Shown: positions 48,462-57,212, numbered from the stretch's first letter. The stretch: 64,000 bases of DNA from an uncultured Dehalococcoidia bacterium (GCA_964617695.1 CAZTYW010000001.1:11684-75683), one strand, 5' to 3'. Notes: generated by a model from the letters alone, not told the origin. Program-made: numbers and translations.

Positions 48462-48511
48462 GTGTGTCCTGCGAGCACAAAATCAGGGGAGGCAGCTGGT
48501 ACCCCAGCGGT

Positions 48512-49147
48512 CTAAATCAACTTCCGTTTGTACGCTTCCGCTATGGCTTCCGAGCGATTTCGGACATCGAGTTTCTCGAAGATGCGCTGCACGTCCCGCT
48601 TAACCGTTGCCTCGCTCAGAAAGAGCTGGGCGCCGATTTCCCTGGTAGTGGAGCCACCAGCGATCAAACGCAGTATCTCTAACTCACGTTCCGACAGATG
48701 CGACCGCTCAGCACCCCTTATCAGATTAGAGAACTCCGCCAGTAGCTCCCGGCTGATGGGGCTAAGTGGGGCCCTGCCCTGCCGGACAGCTCTGATAGCC
48801 TGAATCAGTTCCTCGCGCTTGACGTCCTTGAGGAGATAACCCGAGGCGCCGGCTTCAATGGCTTCAGCAACATACTCCTCGTACAAGGTCAACATGATGA
48901 CCTGGCAATCCGGCAGCTTGTCCTTCATCAGCCGGACTGCCTCGACACCGTCCGGCCCGGGCATCTTGATGTCCATCAGGACGATGTCAGGGCAATGCAA
49001 CTCAGCCTGCTTGACCGCCTCTGTGGCATTGGCAGCCTCACCCACGACCTTCATGTCGGGTTCTAGCGTGAGCATGTGTCGCAGCCCGTCGCGAACAACC
49101 TGGTGGTCGTCCACCAGCAGTACTCGGATGGTCTCCCTAGCTTCCAT
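48512..49147 (-). CDS. NarL/LuxR-family response regulator (RR1)
   Basis: REC domain IRVLLVDDHQVVRDGL...DIVLMDIKMPG.DG plus C-terminal LuxR HTH LSERELEILRLIAGGSTTREIGAQLFLSEATVKRDV. ATG 49147 is preceded by GAGGAGGGG. Confidence 0.9.
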   Translation of the reverse strand: MEARETIRVLLVDDHQVVRDGLRHMLTLEPDMKVVGEAANATEAVKQAELHCPDIVLMDIKMPGPDGVEAVRLMKDKLPDCQVIMLTLYEEYVAEAIEAGASGYLLKDVKREELIQAIRAVRQGRAPLSPISRELLAEFSNLIRGAERSHLSERELEILRLIAGGSTTREIGAQLFLSEATVKRDVQRIFEKLDVRNRSEAIAEAYKRKLI

Positions 49148-49348
49148 GCCCCTCCTCGGTCCGTCTCGTGGCAGCCGCCTCATAGCCAAACCTCATCTTA
49201 TTGCATCCATCTGGACATCGCAAGCCGCCAAAAGGTTTTATTCGCTGCGCCCGACGGCGTCATCTTGTTGACCCCATATGGGCCGTCCCATCAGGCCAGC
49301 CAACAGAGATTGACAATCGACCAGTGTGTGAACCATCCAGGAAACCGA

Positions 49349-49984
49349 CTAAATCAGCTTCCCCTTGTAGCCTTGCGACACGGCGCCCGAGCGGCTCTTG
49401 ACTCCCAGTTTGCCAAAGAGTCCGTGCATTTCCCGCTTTACAGTCGTCTCGCTGAGGAAAAGCTGCTGAGCGACCTGCCTGTTGGTGGCACCAGCAGCAA
49501 GGAGACGGAGTATCTCGAGTTGCCTGTCTGACAGACTGTGCCCCGGCTTCACTTTGCCACTGGCCAGACTACTGAACTCGCCCACGAGTCTCCGTGTCAG
49601 AGCAGGATTGAGCGGAGACTGCCCCTGGTAGGCGACTCTGACAGCCTGGCTCAACTCGTCGCGCTTCACGTCCTTGAGCAGGTAGCCCACGGCGCCGGCC
49701 TCAATGGCCTCGGGCATGTACTCTTCGTACAGGGTCAGCATGATGATGTTGCAGGCCACCTGCATCTCCTTCAGCCTTCGGGTCGCCTCGATTCCATCCC
49801 CGCCGTGCATCTTGACATCCATCAGAACCACATCCGGCCTGTGCAACTCCGCTTCCCTGAGCGCGTCTTGCAGGTTCCCGGCCTCACCCACCACGCAAAT
49901 GTCATCCTCCAACTCCAGCATACGGCGCAATCCCTCACGTACCACCTGATGATCATCTACTAACAGCACCTTGATAGCTGACAT
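49349..49984 (-). CDS. NarL/LuxR-family response regulator (RR2, paralog of RR1)
   Basis: IKVLLVDDHQVVREGL...DVVLMDVKMHGGDG...LSDRQLEILRLLAAGATNRQVAQQLFLSETTVKREM. ATG 49984 is preceded by GGAGGGAG. Confidence 0.9.
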   Translation of the reverse strand: MSAIKVLLVDDHQVVREGLRRMLELEDDICVVGEAGNLQDALREAELHRPDVVLMDVKMHGGDGIEATRRLKEMQVACNIIMLTLYEEYMPEAIEAGAVGYLLKDVKRDELSQAVRVAYQGQSPLNPALTRRLVGEFSSLASGKVKPGHSLSDRQLEILRLLAAGATNRQVAQQLFLSETTVKREMHGLFGKLGVKSRSGAVSQGYKGKLI

Positions 49985-50015
49985 GGCGCTCTCCCTCCAA
50001 GTTGGTTGATGCTGC

Positions 50016-52112
50016 TTACCTGGCCTGTTCGCCAGCTTCAACGCTGTCCGCCAACACAGCTGCAGTCACAGGCAGCTTCAAGGATACGCTTGTGCCTGCC
50101 CCCGGTTTCGATTTTAGCTTCAGGGTTGCTCCCAGCATTGATGCCCTCTCATTCATACCCATAAGGCCCATATGCCCGACCGCCACCGCACTTCTCATCG
50201 TCCGCGGTACATTGAACCCTTTGCCATTGTCGTGAATCTCGACAGAGACAACTTCTGCGTCGAACCGCAGTTTGACCACCACTGCGCTAGCTCCAGAGTG
50301 CTTCTGGACGTTGTTCAGGGCCTCCTGGACGACCCGATAGATTGCCAGCTCGGAACTGGCGGCCAGGCGCACCGGCTCGCCTATGGTTTCAAAGTGGTAG
50401 GCAATGCCGGAGGTCTTCAAACCCTCGGAGAGCCGCCGTACTGCATGCACCAGCCCCAACTCGTCCAAAGCTGGCGGATGGAGGCCAGCCATAACCCGAC
50501 GAATCTCCTTCAGACTCTTGTCGATGGTACTCTCGATTTCGGCCAACTCGCTTTGGGCCTCACCGTTGCCCCCACTTGACAACAGAGCACTGCAGGTCTG
50601 CATTCGATATGAAGCGCCGACCAGCCACTGCGCCACACTGTCGTGCAACTCAACCGAGATCCTGCGCCGCTCTTCCTCCTGGGCAAGAACCGTCTTGGCC
50701 AGTAGCTGCTCCACGCGCCGCTGATGCTCTTTGACGTCCTCAAGCATCATGGCATTCTCTATGACCATAGCCGCTTCACCGGACATGGTGGTGAGCAGGT
50801 CCACATCTTCCTTCGAATAAGCAGCGTATGACCTCTTCCTGCCAAGACCCAGAATGCCAACCAGGCCGCCTTTCCTCATTATGGGACAGAATAACTCGAG
50901 TTCCAGGGCATCGATGTCATCACACTCTCTCTCCCACAGGCCCTTGAACTCTGGGGCAATATCCAGTTTCTCCCTGTAGAGCACCCTCCCTTCCCTCGCC
51001 AGCCAGCCAATGATGGGGTTGTCTTTGGCTAGCCTCAATATTCCGTCCGGCGGATCAGCGGTTCGTGGCTGGGCAAAACGCACCACGAAATCTCCTCCGT
51101 CGGTCTCGGGCAACAGCAGGAAGGCTCTCCTGCTACCCAGAGCCATGGTTATGGGGAACAACATGTTGTCAGCCAGCTCACGCAGGTTCAGAACATTGCC
51201 CATGCGCTGGCTGAAGGTGAGCAACGTACGGCGGTAATCATAGGTACCGCCGTAGAACATCCTGTCCACCCCCCGCTGAATGATCTCTCGCAATGGCTCA
51301 AACAGGACGGCAAACGACAGCGCCAGCCCTGCTGCCAGGGCTACGAAGCCGTAGTCTGGCCAGTCCAGCGTCGATTTCTGAATGAGGAATAGCAGCAACA
51401 GGTAGGCGCTGGTTAGCACAATGCTCAGGGCCGAGTAAGCCAGTCCTCTGCGAACCATGATTCTGACATCCAGCAACTGGTACCTCAGAACAGCGTAAAA
51501 GACAATGAGTGCGTTGGCCAAATTGGCAACGTGATCAAGAGGATAGACCCCCAGCGACGAACTAAGGTTCGTCATGCCGCCCACGATAACCACGCCCAGC
51601 CCAATGCCAAGGTAGACGATTCTCCTGCGATCCAGAGAGTCAGAAAGGCGCCTATATCTCTGCAGGAGAGAGTATGCTGCCGTCAAGGCGATAGGTACAC
51701 AGCCGCCAACGAGAAGGTACATGTACGACCCGTATTCGGTGTACAGGCCTCCGTCCTGCGTGTATGCCAGCCTCGGCATCTTGCCCGTAAAGGCGAGAAC
51801 GGCAGTGGCCAACAGGAACAGATATCCCAACGGCACAAGAAACCCGCCAGGCCTATTGACGAAGGCGCGGACGAAGCGGTAGTAGCTAACCGTCATCCAC
51901 ACAAGGGCCACCACCAGAAACCGAACGCACAGCTCCGTGTCCAGGTGCACATTGGCACGAGCCATGAAGGACCAGAAACTCCAGGCGGTGGCTGCGACAA
52001 GATACCAGGTGAAGCTTGTATGGACCCTGGTGTGGCGGTGCCGCAGCATGATGGCCAGCAGGGGGAAGTAGGCCAGGAAGCCCAAGAACGGTATTACGGT
52101 GTTAACAATCAC
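50016..52112 (-). CDS. sensor histidine kinase: multi-TM N-domain, GAF-like domain, HisKA_3, HATPase
   Basis: About 270 aa of hydrophobic helices (roughly 7). Central GAF-like region. H-box RRRISVELHDSVAQWL. ATPase N/G boxes ALNNVQKH...IHDNGKGF...GHMGLMGMNERA..LGA.L...S.PG.GT. Confidence 0.85.
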   Translation of the reverse strand: MIVNTVIPFLGFLAYFPLLAIMLRHRHTRVHTSFTWYLVAATAWSFWSFMARANVHLDTELCVRFLVVALVWMTVSYYRFVRAFVNRPGGFLVPLGYLFLLATAVLAFTGKMPRLAYTQDGGLYTEYGSYMYLLVGGCVPIALTAAYSLLQRYRRLSDSLDRRRIVYLGIGLGVVIVGGMTNLSSSLGVYPLDHVANLANALIVFYAVLRYQLLDVRIMVRRGLAYSALSIVLTSAYLLLLFLIQKSTLDWPDYGFVALAAGLALSFAVLFEPLREIIQRGVDRMFYGGTYDYRRTLLTFSQRMGNVLNLRELADNMLFPITMALGSRRAFLLLPETDGGDFVVRFAQPRTADPPDGILRLAKDNPIIGWLAREGRVLYREKLDIAPEFKGLWERECDDIDALELELFCPIMRKGGLVGILGLGRKRSYAAYSKEDVDLLTTMSGEAAMVIENAMMLEDVKEHQRRVEQLLAKTVLAQEEERRRISVELHDSVAQWLVGASYRMQTCSALLSSGGNGEAQSELAEIESTIDKSLKEIRRVMAGLHPPALDELGLVHAVRRLSEGLKTSGIAYHFETIGEPVRLAASSELAIYRVVQEALNNVQKHSGASAVVVKLRFDAEVVSVEIHDNGKGFNVPRTMRSAVAVGHMGLMGMNERASMLGATLKLKSKPGAGTSVSLKLPVTAAVLADSVEAGEQAR

Positions 52113-52412
52113 TAGAACAACTACCCTCTTGGCATATTAACCCAGAGTTAACATTTGTTAGACGACTGTAAACAAGCAAACAATTATGCATACGAGACTG
52201 GGAGTTGTCAATAGGTCACGTGAATATTGTTCGTGGAAATGGCCAATCGCCGAAAATCCTGGGGGCTGCAAACATAGCGTGTCACCCGAATTCGGCCACC
52301 TTTGACGTCAAATAGCGCGGGCTCGTTGTTTCGGTCGCGGACCGGGGGTGCCGCAGAGGTCACTCTGATCAACTCGACACCACGGCCCCGACAAACGAGG
52401 GAGACATAAATG

Positions 52413-52449
52413 GAGCAGACCCTTGCCTGAGGAAGACAAGGGTCTGCTC
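52413..52449. repeat. perfect 13-bp inverted repeat (hairpin) in a 520-nt intergenic region
   Basis: GAGCAGACCCTTG-cctgaggaaga-CAAGGGTCTGCTC. On the minus strand it is followed by CATTTATGTCTCCC, a weak U-tract. Confidence 0.6.
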
Positions 52450-52632
52450 ACACATTGATGTGAGACTTGGCATCACTTACCGGAGACTAAGCAGCTCACC
52501 CCCCTTAGCATCGCAAGACATGCTCGCCAACAGGCCATACTCCGGCCAGCAATGCTTCTACGGGCATTCCAACATCTATCACTCGTCACGACACTGCCAA
52601 TCATTTGCGGTACCTCGCCCCACCCGATGCTT

Positions 52633-54237
52633 CTAAGAGCGAGCACACTCCAACAGGGTTCCCATCACTCTGTCAGAGGGATTGAGGTGGGGTGGCTTCA
52701 AGTGAGCCAAGTCAGCACCCGCTGCTCGCTGTATGGAAATGTATTCTCGAAATGCCCCTGCAGGAAGTAGCGTCACCTCAATAGGTTGTAGGCCTATCAT
52801 GGTCTCCAGCTCTGCATATGACCTGTCCAGCTTCCGTAGCTGCTGATGTATGGCCCGAGCCACCTGATCCGGACGTCTGAAACCGTTGCAATTCTGCTTG
52901 AGTTCAAGGTATACCCGCAGCACCGGCTTCTCTCCTGCCTCCTTGCACGCCGTCCACTCCTCGTACTCTAACCCCGCATTCTCGATGGCGCGCCAGATGG
53001 TCTTCTCGGTCAGCCGTGTAAACCCGGCCAGGTCAATCAGGCCATCGACTCGGCACTCGTACTGCATCTGAGGGATGTCTATGTTTAGAGCCTCGTTTCG
53101 CAGTGAAGTTATCTTGATCAGATCGCCTATTCGGTATCTGACGAAAGCACCACCGCGAAAGTTGGTGATGACTATTTCGTAGTTCTGCCCGGCCTGGACC
53201 TCGTCCAGGAGCAGCGTTTTCGGCCGATAACCCGCATCCATCCTCGACCTGCGAGACTCGTTCTCTGGAATGAACTCCAGCAAGTTCAGAAATGGGATGA
53301 AGGTCATGTCCTGATAGTCCCAGGTCTGCATGGCTATGACTACGCCCTCGGTGCAGCCATATAGATCGAGAGGATATCTACCCCACATTTCCTTGATCTT
53401 GTTCTTGTAGATCGAGGCGTCAGTGCCCGCAACAGCGATACCCTTCAGTGACCACAGGTCCTTGGGCAGAATGGCACGACGCTCCAACTTGCTCTTCGCA
53501 AGTGCTTTTGCCAGGCGAAGAGCAAGTCTCGGTTTTGACATCATCGGCAGGATATCCTTGAGACCAATGCTGCGATTGAGACGCTCGCCCACACCAACAA
53601 GCACGCCAGGAAGGCCAAAAAACAGGTCCATCCCTTCGGAAAGGGCCATCTGGAAGCCTTTCTGGACTCTGTCCTCAAAGCCCATTTTCTCCGCCTCGTC
53701 CAGCGGGGGGAGAAACTCCAAAGGCAACTCCCGTTCTGCCAAACGCCCGATCGTTCCTGTGAGGTAGGGCGGAGGAGCCAACGCATAGAGGATTTTCTCA
53801 TGACCACCAAAACTGATGTCACCGCGCTCTTTGCAGGTGCAGAAGATCAAGTAGGCGAAAACCAGGTTGCCCAGCTCGTCGTATAGCTTCTGTGTCATGG
53901 GAGCCCATTTGAAGCCAAACTCCCCCGAATTGCCCGAGGTATGGGTCCACAGCGCAGGCTTCTCAGGCAGCACGTCCTCCCTTCGATCCAGCAGATAGCA
54001 GGCATAGTCGGCATAGGTCGTGAGCGGCACCTGCTCCCGAAACTCTTCCACACTGCTGGGCTTTGCCCCCCGCATCACCTTTTCTCCTAACTCGCATCCT
54101 TTCAGGAGCTCCAACTGCTCCAGCAGCAGTCGCCGCTGTATGCCCATGCACTGGTCTATGCTGAGATCAATGTAACCGCAGCACATCTGCCACAGCTCAT
54201 CGTACCTTCCCTGGTTCAGCAGCCTTATTGCGGACAT
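52633..54237 (-). CDS. GH3-like / ANL-superfamily adenylate-forming enzyme
   Basis: 534 aa. Three adenylation motifs in GH3-like spacing: WTHTSGNSGEFGFKWAP (motif 1), LDLYGCTEGVV (YGxTE), VRYRIGDLIKI (YRxGD). N-terminal FREQVPLTTYADY resembles bacterial GH3 homologues. Confidence 0.55.
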   Translation of the reverse strand: MSAIRLLNQGRYDELWQMCCGYIDLSIDQCMGIQRRLLLEQLELLKGCELGEKVMRGAKPSSVEEFREQVPLTTYADYACYLLDRREDVLPEKPALWTHTSGNSGEFGFKWAPMTQKLYDELGNLVFAYLIFCTCKERGDISFGGHEKILYALAPPPYLTGTIGRLAERELPLEFLPPLDEAEKMGFEDRVQKGFQMALSEGMDLFFGLPGVLVGVGERLNRSIGLKDILPMMSKPRLALRLAKALAKSKLERRAILPKDLWSLKGIAVAGTDASIYKNKIKEMWGRYPLDLYGCTEGVVIAMQTWDYQDMTFIPFLNLLEFIPENESRRSRMDAGYRPKTLLLDEVQAGQNYEIVITNFRGGAFVRYRIGDLIKITSLRNEALNIDIPQMQYECRVDGLIDLAGFTRLTEKTIWRAIENAGLEYEEWTACKEAGEKPVLRVYLELKQNCNGFRRPDQVARAIHQQLRKLDRSYAELETMIGLQPIEVTLLPAGAFREYISIQRAAGADLAHLKPPHLNPSDRVMGTLLECARS

Positions 54238-54842
54238 CTTTGTCCCCTCCTTCCCTGGACTCCATGATGCAGTCTTGCTGGCTTCAAGGTCCTTAGACAG
54301 GCACTTATACTCTTTCTGGTAGGTATCAGCATCGGCGTGTTTCGCCTGTAGTCTGCATAGCCGGGAAACATCCTGCCGAAGAGGTACTTATCCTGGATAA
54401 GCACGTACGCAATCTCCATCAGCATCCATACCGGGAAAGCAATCAGCAGAAGCTTCGACTCGGTGACGAGGACAAGCGAGATGAGGAACAGGGCGTAACC
54501 GAGCACCCCGGGGTGGCGCACCAGAGCATAGGCGCCCGTCGTTACCAGCCTGTCTCCCACACCGGGAGCAACATACGTCCGGCGAAAGGGCAGGTTGACT
54601 AGCAGGGAATACGTGAGCGCAATGACAGATAAGATCAAGAGGCACCATCCCACTGACGACAACCACCCAGGCAACGCCAATCTCTCGGACCTGAGGCAAA
54701 CCATCAAGGTGGCAAAGACGACCAGCCCGACGGAGACAAAGCCAACGGCCGGCTTGGCGCGACTCCTCTTGAGCGAGGCCACCTCGAAGACTGGCGCCAC
54801 GAGGAAACCCAGTGCACCCACAACTATATATATATAGGCCAT
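54225..54842 (-). CDS. membrane methyltransferase, ICMT/PEMT-like family
   Basis: About 5 TM helices. Signature LVTTGAYALVRHPGVLGYALFLI...YRRNTPMLIP. Its 3' end overlaps the GH3-like gene start by 13 nt. Confidence 0.6.
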   Translation of the reverse strand: MAYIYIVVGALGFLVAPVFEVASLKRSRAKPAVGFVSVGLVVFATLMVCLRSERLALPGWLSSVGWCLLILSVIALTYSLLVNLPFRRTYVAPGVGDRLVTTGAYALVRHPGVLGYALFLISLVLVTESKLLLIAFPVWMLMEIAYVLIQDKYLFGRMFPGYADYRRNTPMLIPTRKSISACLRTLKPARLHHGVQGRRGQRCPQ

Positions 54843-54886
54843 CGTGACTAATCTGTCACAGAAGAGAGTATTAGGGAAGTGATTAT

Positions 54887-54949
54887 GTTCTAGAACAATG
54901 TTCTATTTGGACACAGTACGGCCGTGCCGAATTGAGAAGAACATGTTCC
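54887..54949. promoter_or_regulatory. cluster of GAACA/TGTTC palindromes (candidate operators) upstream of the ICMT-GH3 pair
   Basis: TGTTCTAGAACA (54887-54898, perfect 12-mer), TAGAACA-A-TGTTCTA (54892-54906, perfect 7-1-7) and GAACATGTTC (54940-54949, perfect 10-mer). Confidence 0.5.
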
Positions 54950-55161
54950 CAATCTGGGCTGCTATTGGCTCTACAGGCGACAAGGGGTGAGGTCAATCGG
55001 CAAGAATGCGACCTCAGAGCCAAAGCAGAAGAAAAGCAAACAAAAAAAGGAAAGTCCCTTTTTTGGGTGCCCAACTTGATTCTGAAGGGGTGTCCGTCGA
55101 CTACCCGCTAGGCAGCCGCGCAGTGGATGCCACTGCTCACCGTTGCGTCTCTGCCCCCCTA

Positions 55162-55476
55162 TTAAGACGCGCCGGAGGTTTTCTGTATTCCACTCAGTCT
55201 TTGATTGAGTTCTTCGAGGTCGCCCTTTACTGGCTGCTTGCCAAGTTCAAGGCCATAGCTAACAACAAATTCTAGAAAGCTTCGCAGGAGATCCTTGATA
55301 CCGTGCTCGAACTCACGGAGTGCACCCTCTGTGACATACCCATTATCTCTGGGCGCTTCCCTCAACTGGTTGTCGATCAAGTAACTTATGAACTCTGCCT
55401 GGCTCATGTCGCCGCGATTCTCGTCGATCTTCTTGACCAAATCAACTGGCACTATCAACATCCTCTTCTCAGCCAT
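55162..55476 (-). CDS. small protein with an RHH/CopG-like N-terminus (104 aa)
   Basis: KRMLIVPVDLVKKIDENRGDMSQAEFISYLID fits a strand-helix-helix pattern. The C-terminal half is helical. GAAGGGG RBS. Confidence 0.4.
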   Translation of the reverse strand: MAEKRMLIVPVDLVKKIDENRGDMSQAEFISYLIDNQLREAPRDNGYVTEGALREFEHGIKDLLRSFLEFVVSYGLELGKQPVKGDLEELNQRLSGIQKTSGAS

Positions 55477-55491
55477 GTCGGATACACCCCT

Positions 55492-55803
55492 TCAATCAAG
55501 ATTTGATCGCGGACTTTCAGAAGGCTCGAACCCATCCCCCAAGCCCAACATCTCCAGCAGGCTTTCTATGTTTTTCAGCAGTCTGAGCCCGTTCTCATTC
55601 ACTTTGTAGGTAGTGATCGGGTTACCCACCTTTATAATCCTCATGAATCCACGCTGGGTGAGGAAGTCGAGGTAACGTTGAAGCTGGCGGTAGCTCATGT
55701 TGGCGCTATACATGATCTCGGTCTTGCCCGCCTCGCCTAACCTGAGTATGTCGCCCATTACCTCGATATTAGAACGCCGACCATTCAACCCATCTGTCCT
55801 CAT
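55492..55803 (-). CDS. winged-helix DNA-binding protein (archaeal-type wHTH, 103 aa)
   Basis: IEVMGDILRLGEAGKTEIMYSANMSYRQLQRYLDFLTQRGFMRIIKVGNPITTYKVNENGLRLL matches the small wHTH family common in archaea, as I recall it. Confidence 0.6.
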   Translation of the reverse strand: MRTDGLNGRRSNIEVMGDILRLGEAGKTEIMYSANMSYRQLQRYLDFLTQRGFMRIIKVGNPITTYKVNENGLRLLKNIESLLEMLGLGDGFEPSESPRSNLD

Positions 55804-56177
55804 GCCTCTATCAACCCCCTCTCGTCGAGCGCTCCTCCGCTACTCCCGCACGGAATCTCACCGCACACAGTCCCATAACCCGATATTTCAAGTTTTCAGG
55901 CGGCCTATGACCCCAAAGGGCCAATTTGGCGAGCCACCCGGCCCACCTTTATGCATCCAACAGTATATCATGGGAAATGCAGTTGTCAATACATACCCGC
56001 GGAAGACTGAGTCGACGACACTAATTTGCCGGGCCAGACAAAGCGGCAGCAGCCCATTGCGAGTCGTCTCAATAGCTCCCTCTCGAACCACCGGGAACGA
56101 ACCAACGCCGGCCCCGTTGCAGAGCCTCTTTGCCCACCGTGGTGAGTGTCTGATATCATTTGGCATCGGTAAATGCC

Positions 56178-57212
56178 ATGAGAGTCGGACTGGTCTATCA
56201 TCCCGTGTATCTGAATCACCAAACGGGGCGTCATGTGGAGAATGCTCACAGACTTGAAGAGACGGCTGAGCTGTTGCAGTCCAGTGGTGTTACACAGCAA
56301 CTGGTGGAGATAAGCCCGGAGCAGGTCTCGCCGGACGAACTGGCGCAGGTACATTCGGTAGACCACATGGCGCGAGTCGAAAACCTGTGCCGATCAGGCG
56401 GTGGCTGGCTCGATGCAGACACGGTTGTATCACCGCCCTCCTACGATGTGGCCCTGTACGCTGCTGGCGGCGTCCTCAAAGCGACACAGGCGGTAATCAC
56501 AGGGGAACTGGACAGCGCCTTTGCCCTGGTCAGACCGCCGGGTCACCATGCCACACACTCCAGAGCCATGGGATTCTGCCTTTTCAACAACATTGCTGTT
56601 GCTGCGAGGCAAGCCACCAGAAGTCAGCAGATCGCCCGCGTCCTCATCGTTGACTTCGACGTACATCATGGCAATGGGACACAGGACGCCTTCTACGACG
56701 ACCCCGCCGTGCTCTATTTCTCCACCCACCAGTGTCCCCTGTATCCCGGCACAGGAAGCATCGAAGAGGTCGGCAAAGACAAAGGCGTGGGGGCCACGAT
56801 CAATGTGCCACTGCCCCCATGGTCTCACGACGAAGACTATCTGCAGGTCTATGAGCGAGTTCTGGTCCCCGCCGCTCGGCGATTTCGGCCTGAGCTTGTG
56901 CTGGTCTCAGCAGGATATGACCCTCACTGGAAAGACCCCATCTCCTTGATGCAGGTCAGCACGACTGGTTTCGCCCAGATGGTACGAATACTGAAAGAGT
57001 TGGCCTCGGAACTATGCCAGGGTCGGCTGGTATTCACCCTGGAAGGCGGCTACGACACCTCGGCTCTGGCCTACTCAGTAAAGGCGACGCTGGATACATT
57101 GCTGGGACGAGGTGACATCGATGATCCTCTGGGCAAGCCGGTTCACGCCGATAACGCAGCCGAGGTCGATTCCATCATTCAACGGGTGAAGGCTGTGCAT
57201 GGGCTGGCCTAG
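56178..57212 (+). CDS. histone deacetylase-family (AcuC/acetylpolyamine amidohydrolase-like) deacetylase
   Basis: RPPGHHA, IVDFDVHHGNGTQD, SAGYD.H..DP, LEGGYD. Confidence 0.88.
   Translation: MRVGLVYHPVYLNHQTGRHVENAHRLEETAELLQSSGVTQQLVEISPEQVSPDELAQVHSVDHMARVENLCRSGGGWLDADTVVSPPSYDVALYAAGGVLKATQAVITGELDSAFALVRPPGHHATHSRAMGFCLFNNIAVAARQATRSQQIARVLIVDFDVHHGNGTQDAFYDDPAVLYFSTHQCPLYPGTGSIEEVGKDKGVGATINVPLPPWSHDEDYLQVYERVLVPAARRFRPELVLVSAGYDPHWKDPISLMQVSTTGFAQMVRILKELASELCQGRLVFTLEGGYDTSALAYSVKATLDTLLGRGDIDDPLGKPVHADNAAEVDSIIQRVKAVHGLA

Noticed and set aside
54887-54949. Interpreting the GAACA/TGTTC palindromes as LexA (Cheo-type) SOS boxes
   Set aside because: The Gram-positive/Chloroflexi-type LexA box is GAAC-N4-GTTC. 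These sites have N2, N3 or N0-1 spacing depending on how the half-sites are read. The downstream genes are not SOS genes.
55162-55803. RHH-like plus wHTH gene pair as a toxin-antitoxin module
   Set aside because: Both products look like DNA-binding proteins, and neither resembles a known toxin fold (RelE/ParE, MazF, PIN, HipA, Doc and so on). The gene sizes alone are not evidence.
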